Shown here: piece by piece, positions 18,681-28,134 of the stretch
How positions within the stretch are numbered: position 1 is the stretch's first letter
Layout: the number at the start of each line of letters is the position of its first letter
From: an uncultured Candidatus Saccharibacteria bacterium
Lineage (GTDB): Bacteria; Patescibacteriota; Minisyncoccia; Phycocordibacterales; UBA9973
Direction of reading: 5' to 3'
DNA: 64,000 nt
NCBI GenBank assembly: GCA_964532495.1
Contig: CAZHJZ010000003.1
Location: forward strand, 67,747-131,746
Translations under genes and position numbers: made by a program
The notes under the pieces: model-generated
Databases searched by the model: none
What the model was told of the DNA's origin: nothing
The model's input: the letters and a program-made list of their open reading frames with translations, nothing else

Positions 18681-20243
18681 TTATTTTACCCCGTGCTTGC
18701 CTCGGATTCTTGCTAGCTCTTCTTCTTCCGTTTCTTCCTTCGCTTTTTTGCCTTCCTCCCCTTTTGCTTTCAATTCGGCGTCGGTGAGGGTGTTCAATTC
18801 GAGTGTTCTCTTTTTCAAATATTCAATTTCATTTTTATCCGGATCTTCCAGTGATTCTTCGAGGAGAGTGTGGAGTATCCATCCCATGCGAGGGCCGGGG
18901 CGAATCCCAAGTTCTTTGATGAGCACTTCCCCATTGATCTTGAGCATGCCTACTGAAGTCGGTGCGCGCAATGCTTCCTCTATCATCGCATGGTATTTAC
19001 GGAGACGATATGGCGCTTCAACTTTCTTCATGCCCACACGGTCGCACTCGCGGATCTGCATCAATTCCCAAATATGTTCCCTGCCGATATTTACTATCGT
19101 TCGGCGGACCGCTGAAAGTGTGATTGCTTCTGTATCCGAGAAGAACATATGATAGCGGACAAGCTTCACTACGAGATCAGAAAGTTCGCGCGGATATTTC
19201 AATCGCTCCATAATCTTTGCTGCCATGCGGCCGCCCACTACTTCATGGCCATAAAATGTATATGCCTTTTTAGATCCAGGTCGTCGGGTTCGCGGCTTTC
19301 CTATGTCATGAAAGAGCGCGGCAAGCCTGATAGAGAGAGGCCAATCTTTTCCTGAAGCATGTCCCAGAGCTTGCAGTAGATGCTCGAACACATCATATAT
19401 ATGTACGCCTCCCTGCTCGCAGCCAATACCCTCACGAAGTTCGGGCACTATGTGTTCAAGCAATCCAAGCTTCTCCAATAGTCCCACTCCAATCATCGGA
19501 TCAGTAGATTCTATAATCTTCGTAAATTCATCACGTTTTCGTTCCCACGAAATATGTTTGAGAAGACCAGAGTTTTCCACAACCCCCTGCATCGTTTCTA
19601 CTGAGATGGCAAAACCTAATTGTGTGGAAAACCTTACCGCCCTCAACATGCGCAAGGCATCTTCTCTGAATCGTTCATCTGCGCTCCCTACTGTTACGAT
19701 GACTTTGTCCTTCAAGTCACGGACACCATTAAATTCATCTACAAGAAGTCCTTGAGATGGATTGTATGCCATAGCATTGACCGTAAAGTCACGTCTTTTT
19801 AAATCATCAAGTAAATTAAGGCTAAAAGACACATCATCAGGGTGCCGACTGTCACTATACCCTGCCTCTAACCTGTATGTTGTTATCTCTATGACCTTTA
19901 TCGTCTCATCGGTCTCCTCTTCGTTTACAATTGCTACTGTCCCAAAGATGTTTTCATAGACCGTTTTTGGATATAATGCTTGAATTTGAGCTGGAGTAGC
20001 GTTTGTTGTAATATCCCAGTCTTTGGGTTTTTTGTTCAGCAGAAGGTCTCGTACGCATCCACCGACGATGTATGCTTCGTATCCCGCACTTTCAAGTACG
20101 CCAAGTGTCGTTATGACTGATCCTGGTATTTGTTCTTTATTTATTGTGCCGTGGCCTTGGTTTTCCAATGTGACCATTAAATTGTGTGCGGGTAGGGAGA
20201 ATCGGACTCCCGTCTCATCCTTGGCAAGGACGTGTTCTACCAC
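18681..20243 (-). CDS. cca: CCA-adding tRNA nucleotidyltransferase with HD domain and Lys/Glu-rich C-terminal tail
   Basis: GGCVRDLLL..DWDITT polymerase-beta head motif; HDIGK HD domain; C-terminal KAKGEEGKKAKEETEEEE extension. Confidence 0.85.
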   Translation of the reverse strand: MVEHVLAKDETGVRFSLPAHNLMVTLENQGHGTINKEQIPGSVITTLGVLESAGYEAYIVGGCVRDLLLNKKPKDWDITTNATPAQIQALYPKTVYENIFGTVAIVNEEETDETIKVIEITTYRLEAGYSDSRHPDDVSFSLNLLDDLKRRDFTVNAMAYNPSQGLLVDEFNGVRDLKDKVIVTVGSADERFREDALRMLRAVRFSTQLGFAISVETMQGVVENSGLLKHISWERKRDEFTKIIESTDPMIGVGLLEKLGLLEHIVPELREGIGCEQGGVHIYDVFEHLLQALGHASGKDWPLSIRLAALFHDIGKPRTRRPGSKKAYTFYGHEVVGGRMAAKIMERLKYPRELSDLVVKLVRYHMFFSDTEAITLSAVRRTIVNIGREHIWELMQIRECDRVGMKKVEAPYRLRKYHAMIEEALRAPTSVGMLKINGEVLIKELGIRPGPRMGWILHTLLEESLEDPDKNEIEYLKKRTLELNTLTDAELKAKGEEGKKAKEETEEEELARIRGKHGVK

Positions 20244-20331
20244 TAAACCATACCCGCATAGTTATCTAGTAACGCGGATCATTATATACTGTGTTTCACA
20301 ATTTCGCAATTCGTGTATAATAGACCGGCAT

Positions 20332-20403
20332 GCACCCATGGTGAAATGGATATCACAACGGTCTTCGGAACCGTTATTGGGGGTTCGAATCCCTCTGGGT
20401 GCA
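20332..20403 (+). tRNA. tRNA-Arg (anticodon TCG)
   Basis: Cloverleaf: acceptor GCACCCA/TGGGTGC, anticodon stem ACGGT/ACCGT with loop CTTCGGA, T-arm GGGGG-TTCGAAT-CCCTC; CCA not encoded. Confidence 0.8.
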
Positions 20404-20451
20404 CATACATGAAAAAACCGCCTCCCGGGCGGTTTTTTCATGTATGTGCAC
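20399..20451 (+). terminator. 27-bp perfect hairpin overlapping the tRNA-Arg 3' end
   Basis: GTGCACATACATGAAAAAACCGCC-tcccg-GGCGGTTTTTTCATGTATGTGCAC; 22-nt arms (20399-20420/20430-20451) plus inner 5-bp GC stem. Confidence 0.7.
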
Positions 20452-20779
20452 CCAAGCTCGTTTGTCCCCTTCGGGACCGATGAGGCATCGCCTGCGCCTC
20501 TTGCGCGACCGAAAAGCACCCGCCACGGTAGCGGAGAATCCCTCTGCTGTCTTATTATATTATTTGACACTTCCCTGTCCCTTGTATAATTCTGTCAATG
20601 TCCTTTTAAAGTCCTTTTCCACATGATTTATCCTTGTATTTATTGGAAAATGGGGATAACCATGTGCATTATGTTGATAAGAGACACTAAATCTGTTGCC
20701 TAATTTGTACGTCTTTTATACATGATATCCTTATATACCAACGTATTTTACTTATTTTGACTAGAATATGGGTTTTCAA

Positions 20780-20979
20780 CTGTACATTCGTTTCACGTGA
20801 AACAGATTTAAAGTGTTACACATGAAACTTAAGATTAAGGACTCTAAGACATTTAAATACTAGATATCTAACAGATTGGGTAATACTGCAGGCTTAGGTT
20901 ATGTTTCATGTGTAACACTTAGATACATCTTTATTTAGTTTTTATATATATTTCATGCTGAATTGCTAGTATTTGTTTC
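20780..20979. promoter_or_regulatory. four operator-like inverted repeats GTTTCA-N2-TGAAAC upstream of yraN
   Basis: 20780-20793 GTTTCACGTGAAAC; 20805-20818 GTTACACATGAAAC; 20893-20906 GTTTCATGTGTAAC; 20964-20979 TGTTTCATATGAAACA; in a ~30% GC intergenic block. Confidence 0.5.
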
Positions 20980-21012
20980 ATATGAAACAGGTAAACGTAT
21001 TATATATAAGAT

Positions 21013-21423
21013 ATGCCTAGAGTTTTTACATCAAAAAGACAGAAGCTTGGCCAGCTAGGAGAGTCAATTGCTGTCACGTTCTTAAAAAATCATGGATTTC
21101 GCGTATTAGAAAGGAACTATACTCGCAAGTGGGGAGAATTAGATATTATTGCTGAAAAGGATCAAGAACTGCATTTTATTGAAGTTAAAGCTGTTTCACG
21201 TGAAAAAAATAGAATTAATACAAAGGATATAAGAGACCAATATAGGCCAGAAGAGAATATGCATCCTATAAAACTTCGCAAAATCTATCGGACAATACAA
21301 AGTTATCTAATAGACAGACATATACCAGACTCTATGGTCTGGCAAATTGATCTTGTGTGCGTATATCTTGATTCAGTCCGAAAGCAAGCAAAAGTTAAAA
21401 TTATAGAAAATATAGTCGGTTAG
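21013..21423 (+). CDS. yraN: YraN/UPF0102 family endonuclease-fold protein
   Basis: GQLGESIAVTFLKNHGFRVLERNYTRKWGELDIIA...LHFIEVKA matches the YraN signature. Confidence 0.75.
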   Translation: MPRVFTSKRQKLGQLGESIAVTFLKNHGFRVLERNYTRKWGELDIIAEKDQELHFIEVKAVSREKNRINTKDIRDQYRPEENMHPIKLRKIYRTIQSYLIDRHIPDSMVWQIDLVCVYLDSVRKQAKVKIIENIVG

Positions 21424-21608
21424 GGGATTGCAAGGAAGGCACTTCGGTTTCATGTAAAACGCCAGAAAATGAATATTTATGGCATGAGTCGGCCGCTGGT
21501 TTTATATAAGGATTACTAGTTGAGCGTAGTAACTGGCAATATCTCCAGCCATTTTTCGATATTTTCGTTGTAAAATTAAAAAAATATGCTACTATAGTCA
21601 CGTCGCAT

Positions 21609-21679
21609 CGGGGTGTAGTATATCGGTAGTATACTTGTTTTGGGAACAAGAGGGCCGAGTTCGATTCTCGGCACCCCGA
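21609..21679 (+). tRNA. tRNA-Pro (anticodon TGG)
   Basis: Acceptor CGGGGTG/CACCCCG, anticodon stem CTTGT/ACAAG with loop TTTGGGA, T-arm CCGAG-TTCGATT-CTCGG; D-arm pairing imperfect. Confidence 0.65.
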
Positions 21680-21687
21680 CAAAGAAT

Positions 21688-22041
21688 ATGGATATCAAGA
21701 ACGTCAAAGTGTCTTTTCCGACAGATAAGATAAAAAGCCCAATACAGGGGTTTGTTACTTTTATCCGTGAGCAGGGGATTGTTGGCCTCGCTGTTGGTTT
21801 TATCTTGGGAGGGGCTGTCTCGAAGATAGTCGCTTCGCTTGTAGAGAATGTTATAAATCCTCTCGTAGGTATTCTCCTTGGCAAGGTTAACCTTGTTGAC
21901 CGAATGTGGACAGTGGGAACCGCAACGCTTAAATATGGAGCTTTCCTCAGTACTCTCATAGATTTCATCATTATCGCCGCTGTTGTGTATTTTGGAGTCA
22001 CTTGGCTCGGATTGAACAAGCTTGATAAGAAGAAGGAATAA
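21688..22041 (+). CDS. mscL: large-conductance mechanosensitive channel
   Basis: GFVTFIREQGIVGLAVGFILGGAVSKIVASLVENVINPLVG and C-terminal LNKLDKKKE; start trimmed to MDIKN after the tRNA. Confidence 0.85.
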   Translation: MDIKNVKVSFPTDKIKSPIQGFVTFIREQGIVGLAVGFILGGAVSKIVASLVENVINPLVGILLGKVNLVDRMWTVGTATLKYGAFLSTLIDFIIIAAVVYFGVTWLGLNKLDKKKE

Positions 22042-22069
22042 GTAAAAATACATACTTAGAAACACATAA

Positions 22070-22098
22070 AAACACCTTAAGACTTAAGGTGTTTTTAT
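22070..22098 (+). terminator. rho-independent terminator after mscL
   Basis: aaaacaccttaag-ac-ttaaggtgttttt. Confidence 0.8.
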
Positions 22099-22153
22099 GT
22101 GTTTGACGAATGAATTCAGTACTGTATAGTGAGTTTAAATAAAACTCGTTACT

Positions 22154-23155
22154 ATGGCAAAAAAGGCTGAAATGGGCAATTCTAAAAAAATGCCACATAC
22201 AATACACAGGAACAACAAGGAAATACACAAGGAAAGAGGGAAGATGATAATATGCAATTTTGATAAGCAATCCCCGCAAGAACTTCCGTTCACAAACGTT
22301 AGTGGAAAGATTGGCATCAAAATCGAATTGCGTTTAAAAACCAACGAAGAATTCTTCTTTTATTCCTGCGATAGTACCATCGATGACAGTGAAGATCTGT
22401 TCACCGCACCGGTTAGCAGCAGGAAAAACCTTCGTTTGGTATATATCACACTTGCTCTCCGCCCGTCGACCCCAGGCCGCGGTTCAAAGAATGCTTTCTA
22501 TCTTTCTGTTGTTAATTTTAAAACAGGAGAAGGGTATACCTACAAAGTTGGAGTAATGAACGTTACGCCGGAAATGTCGGATAAGCAAATTTCCTATTTT
22601 GTTAAATGCAAAATCACTCCGCATTATCTTTGGAACAAAGGCAGCAAAATGCCAGAGATAGAATCTTTCATTGATGTGCCGCTTGATCAATTCTTGTGCC
22701 GGATGGGAAACAAGAAAGAAAAGTTTGCAATGCTTCCACGCAAATATCGCAAGCTAAAATTTCCGTATCCTAAACGTCCTCGCACAGAGAACACTGCACG
22801 CAATGTGTTCTTTGATCCTTTCGAAGGAAAGGGTATTGCGCTTACGCATCAGGGACAGCTAGCAATGTATGGCATTGAGTATTTGGAAACTAAGTTCTCA
22901 ACTATTTTCCCAAAAGAAGGTGAGAACTTTAAAGATTTCTTTTCTGTACCGCTCTACGACGCTACAAACCGACTTATTACGCATGTGGCAGTACGTAGAA
23001 AAAGTTTCGATGAAATTAAGAAAAGAAAAAAGAAGTACAACTACCAGGCTTCATACAATGAAGAAAAACTTAACCAGCTGTTCGACATACAAAGCTTTTA
23101 CCAGATAGGCGAAACACAAGGAGCAATTGTGCTTAGTAATTTCCTCTCCGATTAG
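22154..23155 (+). CDS. hypothetical cytoplasmic protein
   Basis: 333-aa ORF without signal peptide or recognisable domain; start uncertain. Confidence 0.35.
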   Translation: MAKKAEMGNSKKMPHTIHRNNKEIHKERGKMIICNFDKQSPQELPFTNVSGKIGIKIELRLKTNEEFFFYSCDSTIDDSEDLFTAPVSSRKNLRLVYITLALRPSTPGRGSKNAFYLSVVNFKTGEGYTYKVGVMNVTPEMSDKQISYFVKCKITPHYLWNKGSKMPEIESFIDVPLDQFLCRMGNKKEKFAMLPRKYRKLKFPYPKRPRTENTARNVFFDPFEGKGIALTHQGQLAMYGIEYLETKFSTIFPKEGENFKDFFSVPLYDATNRLITHVAVRRKSFDEIKKRKKKYNYQASYNEEKLNQLFDIQSFYQIGETQGAIVLSNFLSD

Positions 23156-23245
23156 GAACCAATCTAATAAAACCTAAATCCTCCGATAGCAAGGGGGATT
23201 TCATTTGTCTTTTTGTGAATTTTTGCTAGTATAGTGGATACCAAT

Positions 23246-23319
23246 GCGGGATTAGTTAAATGGTATAACTCTAGTTTTCCAAACTAGTGTCGGGAGTTCG
23301 ATTCTCCCATCCCGCACCA
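23246..23319 (+). tRNA. tRNA-Trp (anticodon CCA), CCA 3' end encoded
   Basis: Acceptor GCGGGAT/ATCCCGC, anticodon stem CTAGT/ACTAG with loop TTTCCAA, T-arm GGGAG-TTCGATT-CTCCC, terminal ACCA. Confidence 0.85.
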
Positions 23320-23326
23320 ATCAAAT

Positions 23327-24334
23327 ATGATAACAATTGTTCTACTTGTGCTTCTCGCATTTTCAGCCCTATTCTCAGGACTGACTATTGGTTTGATGGG
23401 TCTTGATGTATATACTTTGCGCCGTAAAATCAAAAGCGGGAACAAAGACGCCCTCAAGGTCTACGAAATCCGAAAGGAGGGGACGCTTCTTCTCACTACA
23501 CTCCTTTTTGGGAACGTAGCTATCAATGCAGTCGTATCTATCATCCTCGGTGAGCTCTTAGGAGGCGTATTGGCGGGCTTTATTGCTACTGGAGTTATCT
23601 TTATTGCTTGTGAGATTGTTCCACAAGCTGTGATGAGCAGACACGCGCTTCGCTTTGGTGCGACGTTTGCCGGTGTCGTCCGGTTCTTCATGTGGGTTTT
23701 GTATCCTATCTGCGGACCGCTTGCTTGGATCCTCAACCGCTTTCTTGGACATGAACTTCATCATCACCTCAGCAAGAAGGAATTGATCAGCATGATTGAA
23801 GAATACGAAGCGCATTTGCCTGAAAGTGCAATCGACGTCGATGAACAGCGCATCGCAAAAGGCTCACTGATGTATTCGCATAAAACCGTCGCCGATGTTA
23901 TGACGCCAACCACCGTTGCTATCGTTGCCGAACTTTCACAAGTCCTTGATCAGTCGACCATTGATCTTCTCAAGCAGTCCGGACTTTCTCGATTTCCAGT
24001 CTATGAAGATGATAGAAATAATATAATTGGAATCTTGTATTGGCGCGATCTCGTCGGAGTACAGCTTGGTACGCCGGTAAAAGATATTTATGATCCCTAT
24101 GTTCATTTTGTTAGCCCCGAAGACAAGCTCGACAATGTGCTCAATCAGTTTATCCAGAAGCGCGTGCACTTGTTCGTAGTTCGCGATGAGTTCGGATCAT
24201 TCCTCGGTGTGATCTCTCTTGAAGATGTGCTTGAACAAATTGTCGGAGCAGAGATTGTTGACGAAGACGACAAGCATGCCGACCTTCGAAGCGTCGCTCG
24301 AACTATGGCTGACAAAAATTCGAAACAAAAATAA
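23327..24334 (+). CDS. CNNM/DUF21 + CBS-pair membrane protein (HlyC/CorC family, no CorC_HlyC C-domain)
   Basis: N-terminal 4-TM DUF21 region, then two CBS motifs (VADVMTP..., ILYWRDLV..., LGVISLEDVLEQIVG). Confidence 0.7.
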   Translation: MITIVLLVLLAFSALFSGLTIGLMGLDVYTLRRKIKSGNKDALKVYEIRKEGTLLLTTLLFGNVAINAVVSIILGELLGGVLAGFIATGVIFIACEIVPQAVMSRHALRFGATFAGVVRFFMWVLYPICGPLAWILNRFLGHELHHHLSKKELISMIEEYEAHLPESAIDVDEQRIAKGSLMYSHKTVADVMTPTTVAIVAELSQVLDQSTIDLLKQSGLSRFPVYEDDRNNIIGILYWRDLVGVQLGTPVKDIYDPYVHFVSPEDKLDNVLNQFIQKRVHLFVVRDEFGSFLGVISLEDVLEQIVGAEIVDEDDKHADLRSVARTMADKNSKQK

Positions 24335-24335
24335 A

Positions 24336-24364
24336 AAAAACATCCGAAAGGATGTTTTTTTTTG
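24336..24364. terminator. rho-independent terminator (bidirectional)
   Basis: aaaaaaaacatcc-gaaa-ggatgttttttttt. Confidence 0.8.
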
Positions 24365-24410
24365 TTTTCTCTCTTTAGCTAGACTAACTTGCTTGCAGGC
24401 AAGAGAGTCA

Positions 24411-24683
24411 TTATTTTACTGAGTCCTTCAACCCTTTGGCTGCGCGGAACTTAGGGACTTTTGTAGCGGCAACTTTTACCTGCTCTCCAGTCTTTGGGTT
24501 TCGAGCCATACGGGCTGCACGAGCTTTCACGGAAAAGATTCCGAAGCCTGAGACCGAAACTTCGCCACCTTTTTTCAAGGTTGCGATGATTTGATCGAAC
24601 AAGCCATCGACAATCTGTTCGGCCTGCACTTTTGTGCCACCGAGCTGTCCATGAACCCAGTCAACGAGTGCTGCTTTGTTCAT
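24411..24683 (-). CDS. hup: HU family DNA-binding protein
   Basis: MNKAALVDWV...GFGIFSVKARAARMARNPKTGEQV arm motif of HU/IHF. Confidence 0.85.
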   Translation of the reverse strand: MNKAALVDWVHGQLGGTKVQAEQIVDGLFDQIIATLKKGGEVSVSGFGIFSVKARAARMARNPKTGEQVKVAATKVPKFRAAKGLKDSVK

Positions 24684-25108
24684 AGTCGAAAGTTTTTTGG
24701 TTGCTAAAGTTCGACCTACAGCTTCCTGCTCCCAGTTGCAGCATGCTGCCCAAGAGCCTTCTGTAAGCTAGATACATTATATACCCCCTTTTAAAATAGG
24801 CAATGTTTTCAAGGGAAGTTGGGGATTTCACCAAAAGTTGACAAAATCAAAATTTAGGTTAGTATTATCCCCATCTCATTCTTTTACAGATTCTTCTCGA
24901 TCCGGCAATTTGAGTTTTCTCGCAATCGGTCTTTTCAATTGGAATACTATAGGAGCAATTCTATATCCAATATACCGAGAAACTCGCTATTCCTTGCGCG
25001 CTAGCGCCTAGAAAGGGGAATAAAACCAAACAATTGTCGCCTAAACCATGCAATAGTATGGCCGTGGATTGATCTGGAAAAAGAAACAAAAACAAAAACG
25101 TAACTATT

Positions 25109-26151
25109 ATGAAAAAATTATTTTCTGCCCTTGGCACAAACTGGAACACTATCATCTATTTTACTGTAAATGGTGATTTTAAACGCCTGAAGAACAATAC
25201 CAACCCGGTTAGTTTTACACTACAAAAGGCGAACCAAACCAATGTAACTGAAGCCAATGCCAAATTTTTCGGCAATTTGAACTTACCAAACTTGAAAGTA
25301 AAAACTGTAGGCAACCCCGCCACCGGCGAAGGCTATGTGTTTACATCTGTGTTTAGAAATACCTTAGCAGGTACTAAGAACCCGGTATATTCGCTGGTAA
25401 CCATACCTATAACAAGCTGGGATGTACAACCTACCGCAACCGCGCAACTATGCAATATAGATGGCGTAACCCAAACAGGCGAAACTACCTCTACCGGCCA
25501 AAATCAACTTAACTTTGTAGAAGAAGCCGGAAGAGGCGCTATACACGGTACGTTTAAAAACACTACCTACAAAAAGTGGTTAGATGTTAGTGATGGTACT
25601 GCAGGTACTGATACGGTAACTTCGGTTGAACTATATAACAGCGCAGGTTTGAAATACGGCAATTTCGATTTTAACGCCTTAAAACAGGAAGATAAAAAGA
25701 AATTTAGCGCTACAGAAAAAAATCCGCTATTGTTGTTAACTTAGATTTTGCCGCCGGCGATAATGGTACGTTTATAACTAAGGCCAATCAGCAAGGTGCA
25801 GTTAACTCGGGTGATACTCAGCCAAAAGAGGCTTCTGATGAAATTACTGAAAAGCCGGTTATAACCGAATTGTTTGAAAAAGCGCTGAGCAATAATGCCG
25901 TTGTAAAAGGTAGCACTAACGTAAGTGTTGAGGAACTACAAAAAGTTGCCGGTACTACAGGAGGATTACTTGCAGATTTAACTGGTTTTAACAACGAAGA
26001 CTTTGGTCCGGTAGTGTTTGAAAACGTTACAAGTAGCGAAGATACGTTTAAAGCAACAACCCGGGATAGCAAAGTAGCTTTCGATTTAACTGTATTAGGT
26101 ACTACTGTTACTTTTAGCGCTACAGCACAAGGCCAGGCAGCTAACGGTTAA
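25109..26151 (+). pseudogene. hypothetical 347-aa protein split by a +1 frameshift in an A7 run (or assembly indel)
   Basis: Frame 2 (25109..25744) stops at TAG 25742; frame 1 is open 25708..26151; one extra A in the A7 run 25716-25722 fuses them. Confidence 0.45.
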
Positions 26152-26200
26152 ACAACCTACAAAACAAAAAGAATAAAATCAATTAACTAACCAATTACTA

Positions 26201-26234
26201 AAAAGGCGTTCCATTTGGGACGCCTTTATTTTTT
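26201..26234 (+). terminator. rho-independent terminator
   Basis: aaaaggcgttcc-attt-gggacgcctttattttttac. Confidence 0.75.
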
Positions 26235-26446
26235 ACCCAGAATACATTGACAGATAAAGGGTATTTGTATAAAGTTTGAAGATTCATGTTCTTTGGAAGT
26301 TAAATACCATTAAAGACTACATAAACCCGCACCGAGGAGGATGCACACAGGGGACCTTTGCTCCAATTACGAAGCAAAGTTTAGTATAATGAACGCTATT
26401 TCTTTTTGAAAGATCTGAAGATTTATATTACGAAATCATAATCAAT

Positions 26447-27094
26447 ATGAAACGTTATTTATTTCCCGCGATGTTTATGGCCGCACTGCTTTTCGGCATA
26501 AACGTAATCGCCAATTCAAAAACTGTGGTAATGAAAGAAAATACCAATACAGTTAGCAAGCACATTTCTACACCCTTAGTAAAAGCCACCTGCAACCCGT
26601 GCCACGATTGCTCTCCTCCGCCACTGGCAACAGTAAGCGACATGAAGAAAAATTTCGGCAAAGCGGTAGCAAAAAAAAGCGGTAGCAACATTAGCAACCT
26701 TAGCAATAACGGCATAATCAGTACCAGCGCTTCGTGCGATGTACCCATACCCCTGGTATCTACTACTTCTGCATATATAAATAAAGAAAGCGATGCTGCT
26801 GGCGTAAACGTAAATTGCCCAACCGGGATAGAGGCTAAAGCTAACGGGTGGAACAATCCTCAAAATATATCTGTTGTTGCTGCGCCTACATACATGGCGT
26901 TCGACCCATATATAATAAATCAGGGTTGCTACAAAAATTCTACTGGTAATACATACACAAAGGGTGCTGAAGTTCCCTTACCAAATGTATCAACCGTAGT
27001 AACTACTACCGCGAGCGTAAACAAAAATATACCGGGCGCAACAACTAACGTGACAGTTATACCACCAAATGTGGACTATAACATGACTACTTAG
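26447..27094 (+). CDS. secreted hypothetical protein (Thr/Asn/Ser-rich)
   Basis: Signal peptide MKRYLFPAMFMAALLFGINVIANS; low-complexity T/N/S-rich mature region. Confidence 0.45.
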   Translation: MKRYLFPAMFMAALLFGINVIANSKTVVMKENTNTVSKHISTPLVKATCNPCHDCSPPPLATVSDMKKNFGKAVAKKSGSNISNLSNNGIISTSASCDVPIPLVSTTSAYINKESDAAGVNVNCPTGIEAKANGWNNPQNISVVAAPTYMAFDPYIINQGCYKNSTGNTYTKGAEVPLPNVSTVVTTTASVNKNIPGATTNVTVIPPNVDYNMTT

Positions 27095-27273
27095 GCCAAA
27101 AGCGAAAGGCGCGGGTAGCCTAGCTATCTGCGCGATGATTTTAGATAATTAGACAATTTGAGAGAGTATGTATTTCCGAAAGGGAGTACATGCTCTTATT
27201 TTTTTATATGGCCATGATGTAGAAAATATGCAGAAGGTAGCGTAATCGCTGTAACTATCTTATACTCTCTGGT

Positions 27274-27909
27274 ATGGAAAGTTATTCATTAGGAAAACAC
27301 GAAATTCTTCCGCCACTGGAACAGAAACGAAATAAGGTAATGGAGGGTGCCCGAGAGGGGCGCGCTAAAATCTTTGATGATTTTTTTGAACAGGCGAAAC
27401 TCCAGCTGCAAAAGAACCTTCCTGAATTAAAAAAGGCGGGAGTTTTTGTTCTCGATTTCGTTCTTACTGCACCCTCGATGGGCAAGCAAGCATATCAAGG
27501 CAAAACGTTTGATGGCAAGAAACTTTCTAATGTAGAGCGCATGACGTATGGAATCACTGCTCTCAGTAGTGGAAGTTTTTATGCATGCAGCGGGTACGCA
27601 GCAGCGAGTGCTTACCTTGGATTGCCGGGGACGCAAGAAGCGCTTGAAGGCATGAAAGTTGCCGGCACCATGTCATGGCTTGTTTTTCTAGATCAAAAAG
27701 GATTAGATATACTGCAAAGTATTCACAGTACCGCTAAGGCGATTCAACCTAAATTAGCAGCATTTATTGAGGCCGGACAGAAACTCTTTGAACGAAAAGG
27801 CATAAAAAATATTCAGGAGTTGGTTCAAAAAGTCGAAGGACCAATCGTAAAAAATGATACATTAGAAGAAGTCGAAGAATTAGTCGAGGAAGAAGAACAT
27901 GTCGGATAA
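27274..27909 (+). CDS. hypothetical protein with acidic C-terminus
   Basis: 211-aa ORF; overlaps the next small ORF by 11 nt (coupled). Confidence 0.35.
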   Translation: MESYSLGKHEILPPLEQKRNKVMEGAREGRAKIFDDFFEQAKLQLQKNLPELKKAGVFVLDFVLTAPSMGKQAYQGKTFDGKKLSNVERMTYGITALSSGSFYACSGYAAASAYLGLPGTQEALEGMKVAGTMSWLVFLDQKGLDILQSIHSTAKAIQPKLAAFIEAGQKLFERKGIKNIQELVQKVEGPIVKNDTLEEVEELVEEEEHVG

Positions 27910-28084
27910 AAATATTTCAAAGGAGTATGTTACGAAGCTGATCAGTGATCTCGTCGCCGAAGGAGAGAGCAAAGAAGAGCTCGATCTGTGGCTTGATATA
28001 TTCAATACCATGGCTCCCGAGCAGCAACAAAAGCTCGTAGGGAACTTGGAAGCAGAGCTTGAGGAACTGAAGAAGATACAATAA
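27899..28084 (+). CDS. small acidic hypothetical protein
   Basis: 61 aa; start ATG overlaps upstream stop; followed by a strong terminator. Confidence 0.3.
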   Translation: MSDKNISKEYVTKLISDLVAEGESKEELDLWLDIFNTMAPEQQQKLVGNLEAELEELKKIQ

Positions 28085-28094
28085 TCAAAAAAGA

Positions 28095-28127
28095 AAAACC
28101 GCCACTTGGGCGGTTTTTCTTTTTTGA
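28095..28127. terminator. bidirectional rho-independent terminator
   Basis: aaaaaccgccac-ttg-ggcggtttttcttttttg between convergent genes. Confidence 0.8.
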
Positions 28128-28134
28128 GAGTATA

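Noticed and set aside
20399-20451. tRNA-Arg 3'-end palindrome as a phage/ICE att site
   Set aside because: The duplicated sequence is an inverted repeat, not a direct repeat, and no integrase or other mobile gene is adjacent. I kept it as a hairpin/terminator and flagged only the downstream 11-mer partial copy.
25870-26151. Treating 25870..26151 as an independent gene starting at TTG
   Set aside because: The frame is open upstream to 25708 and overlaps the preceding ORF's 3' end across an A7 run. A single frameshifted gene is more parsimonious.
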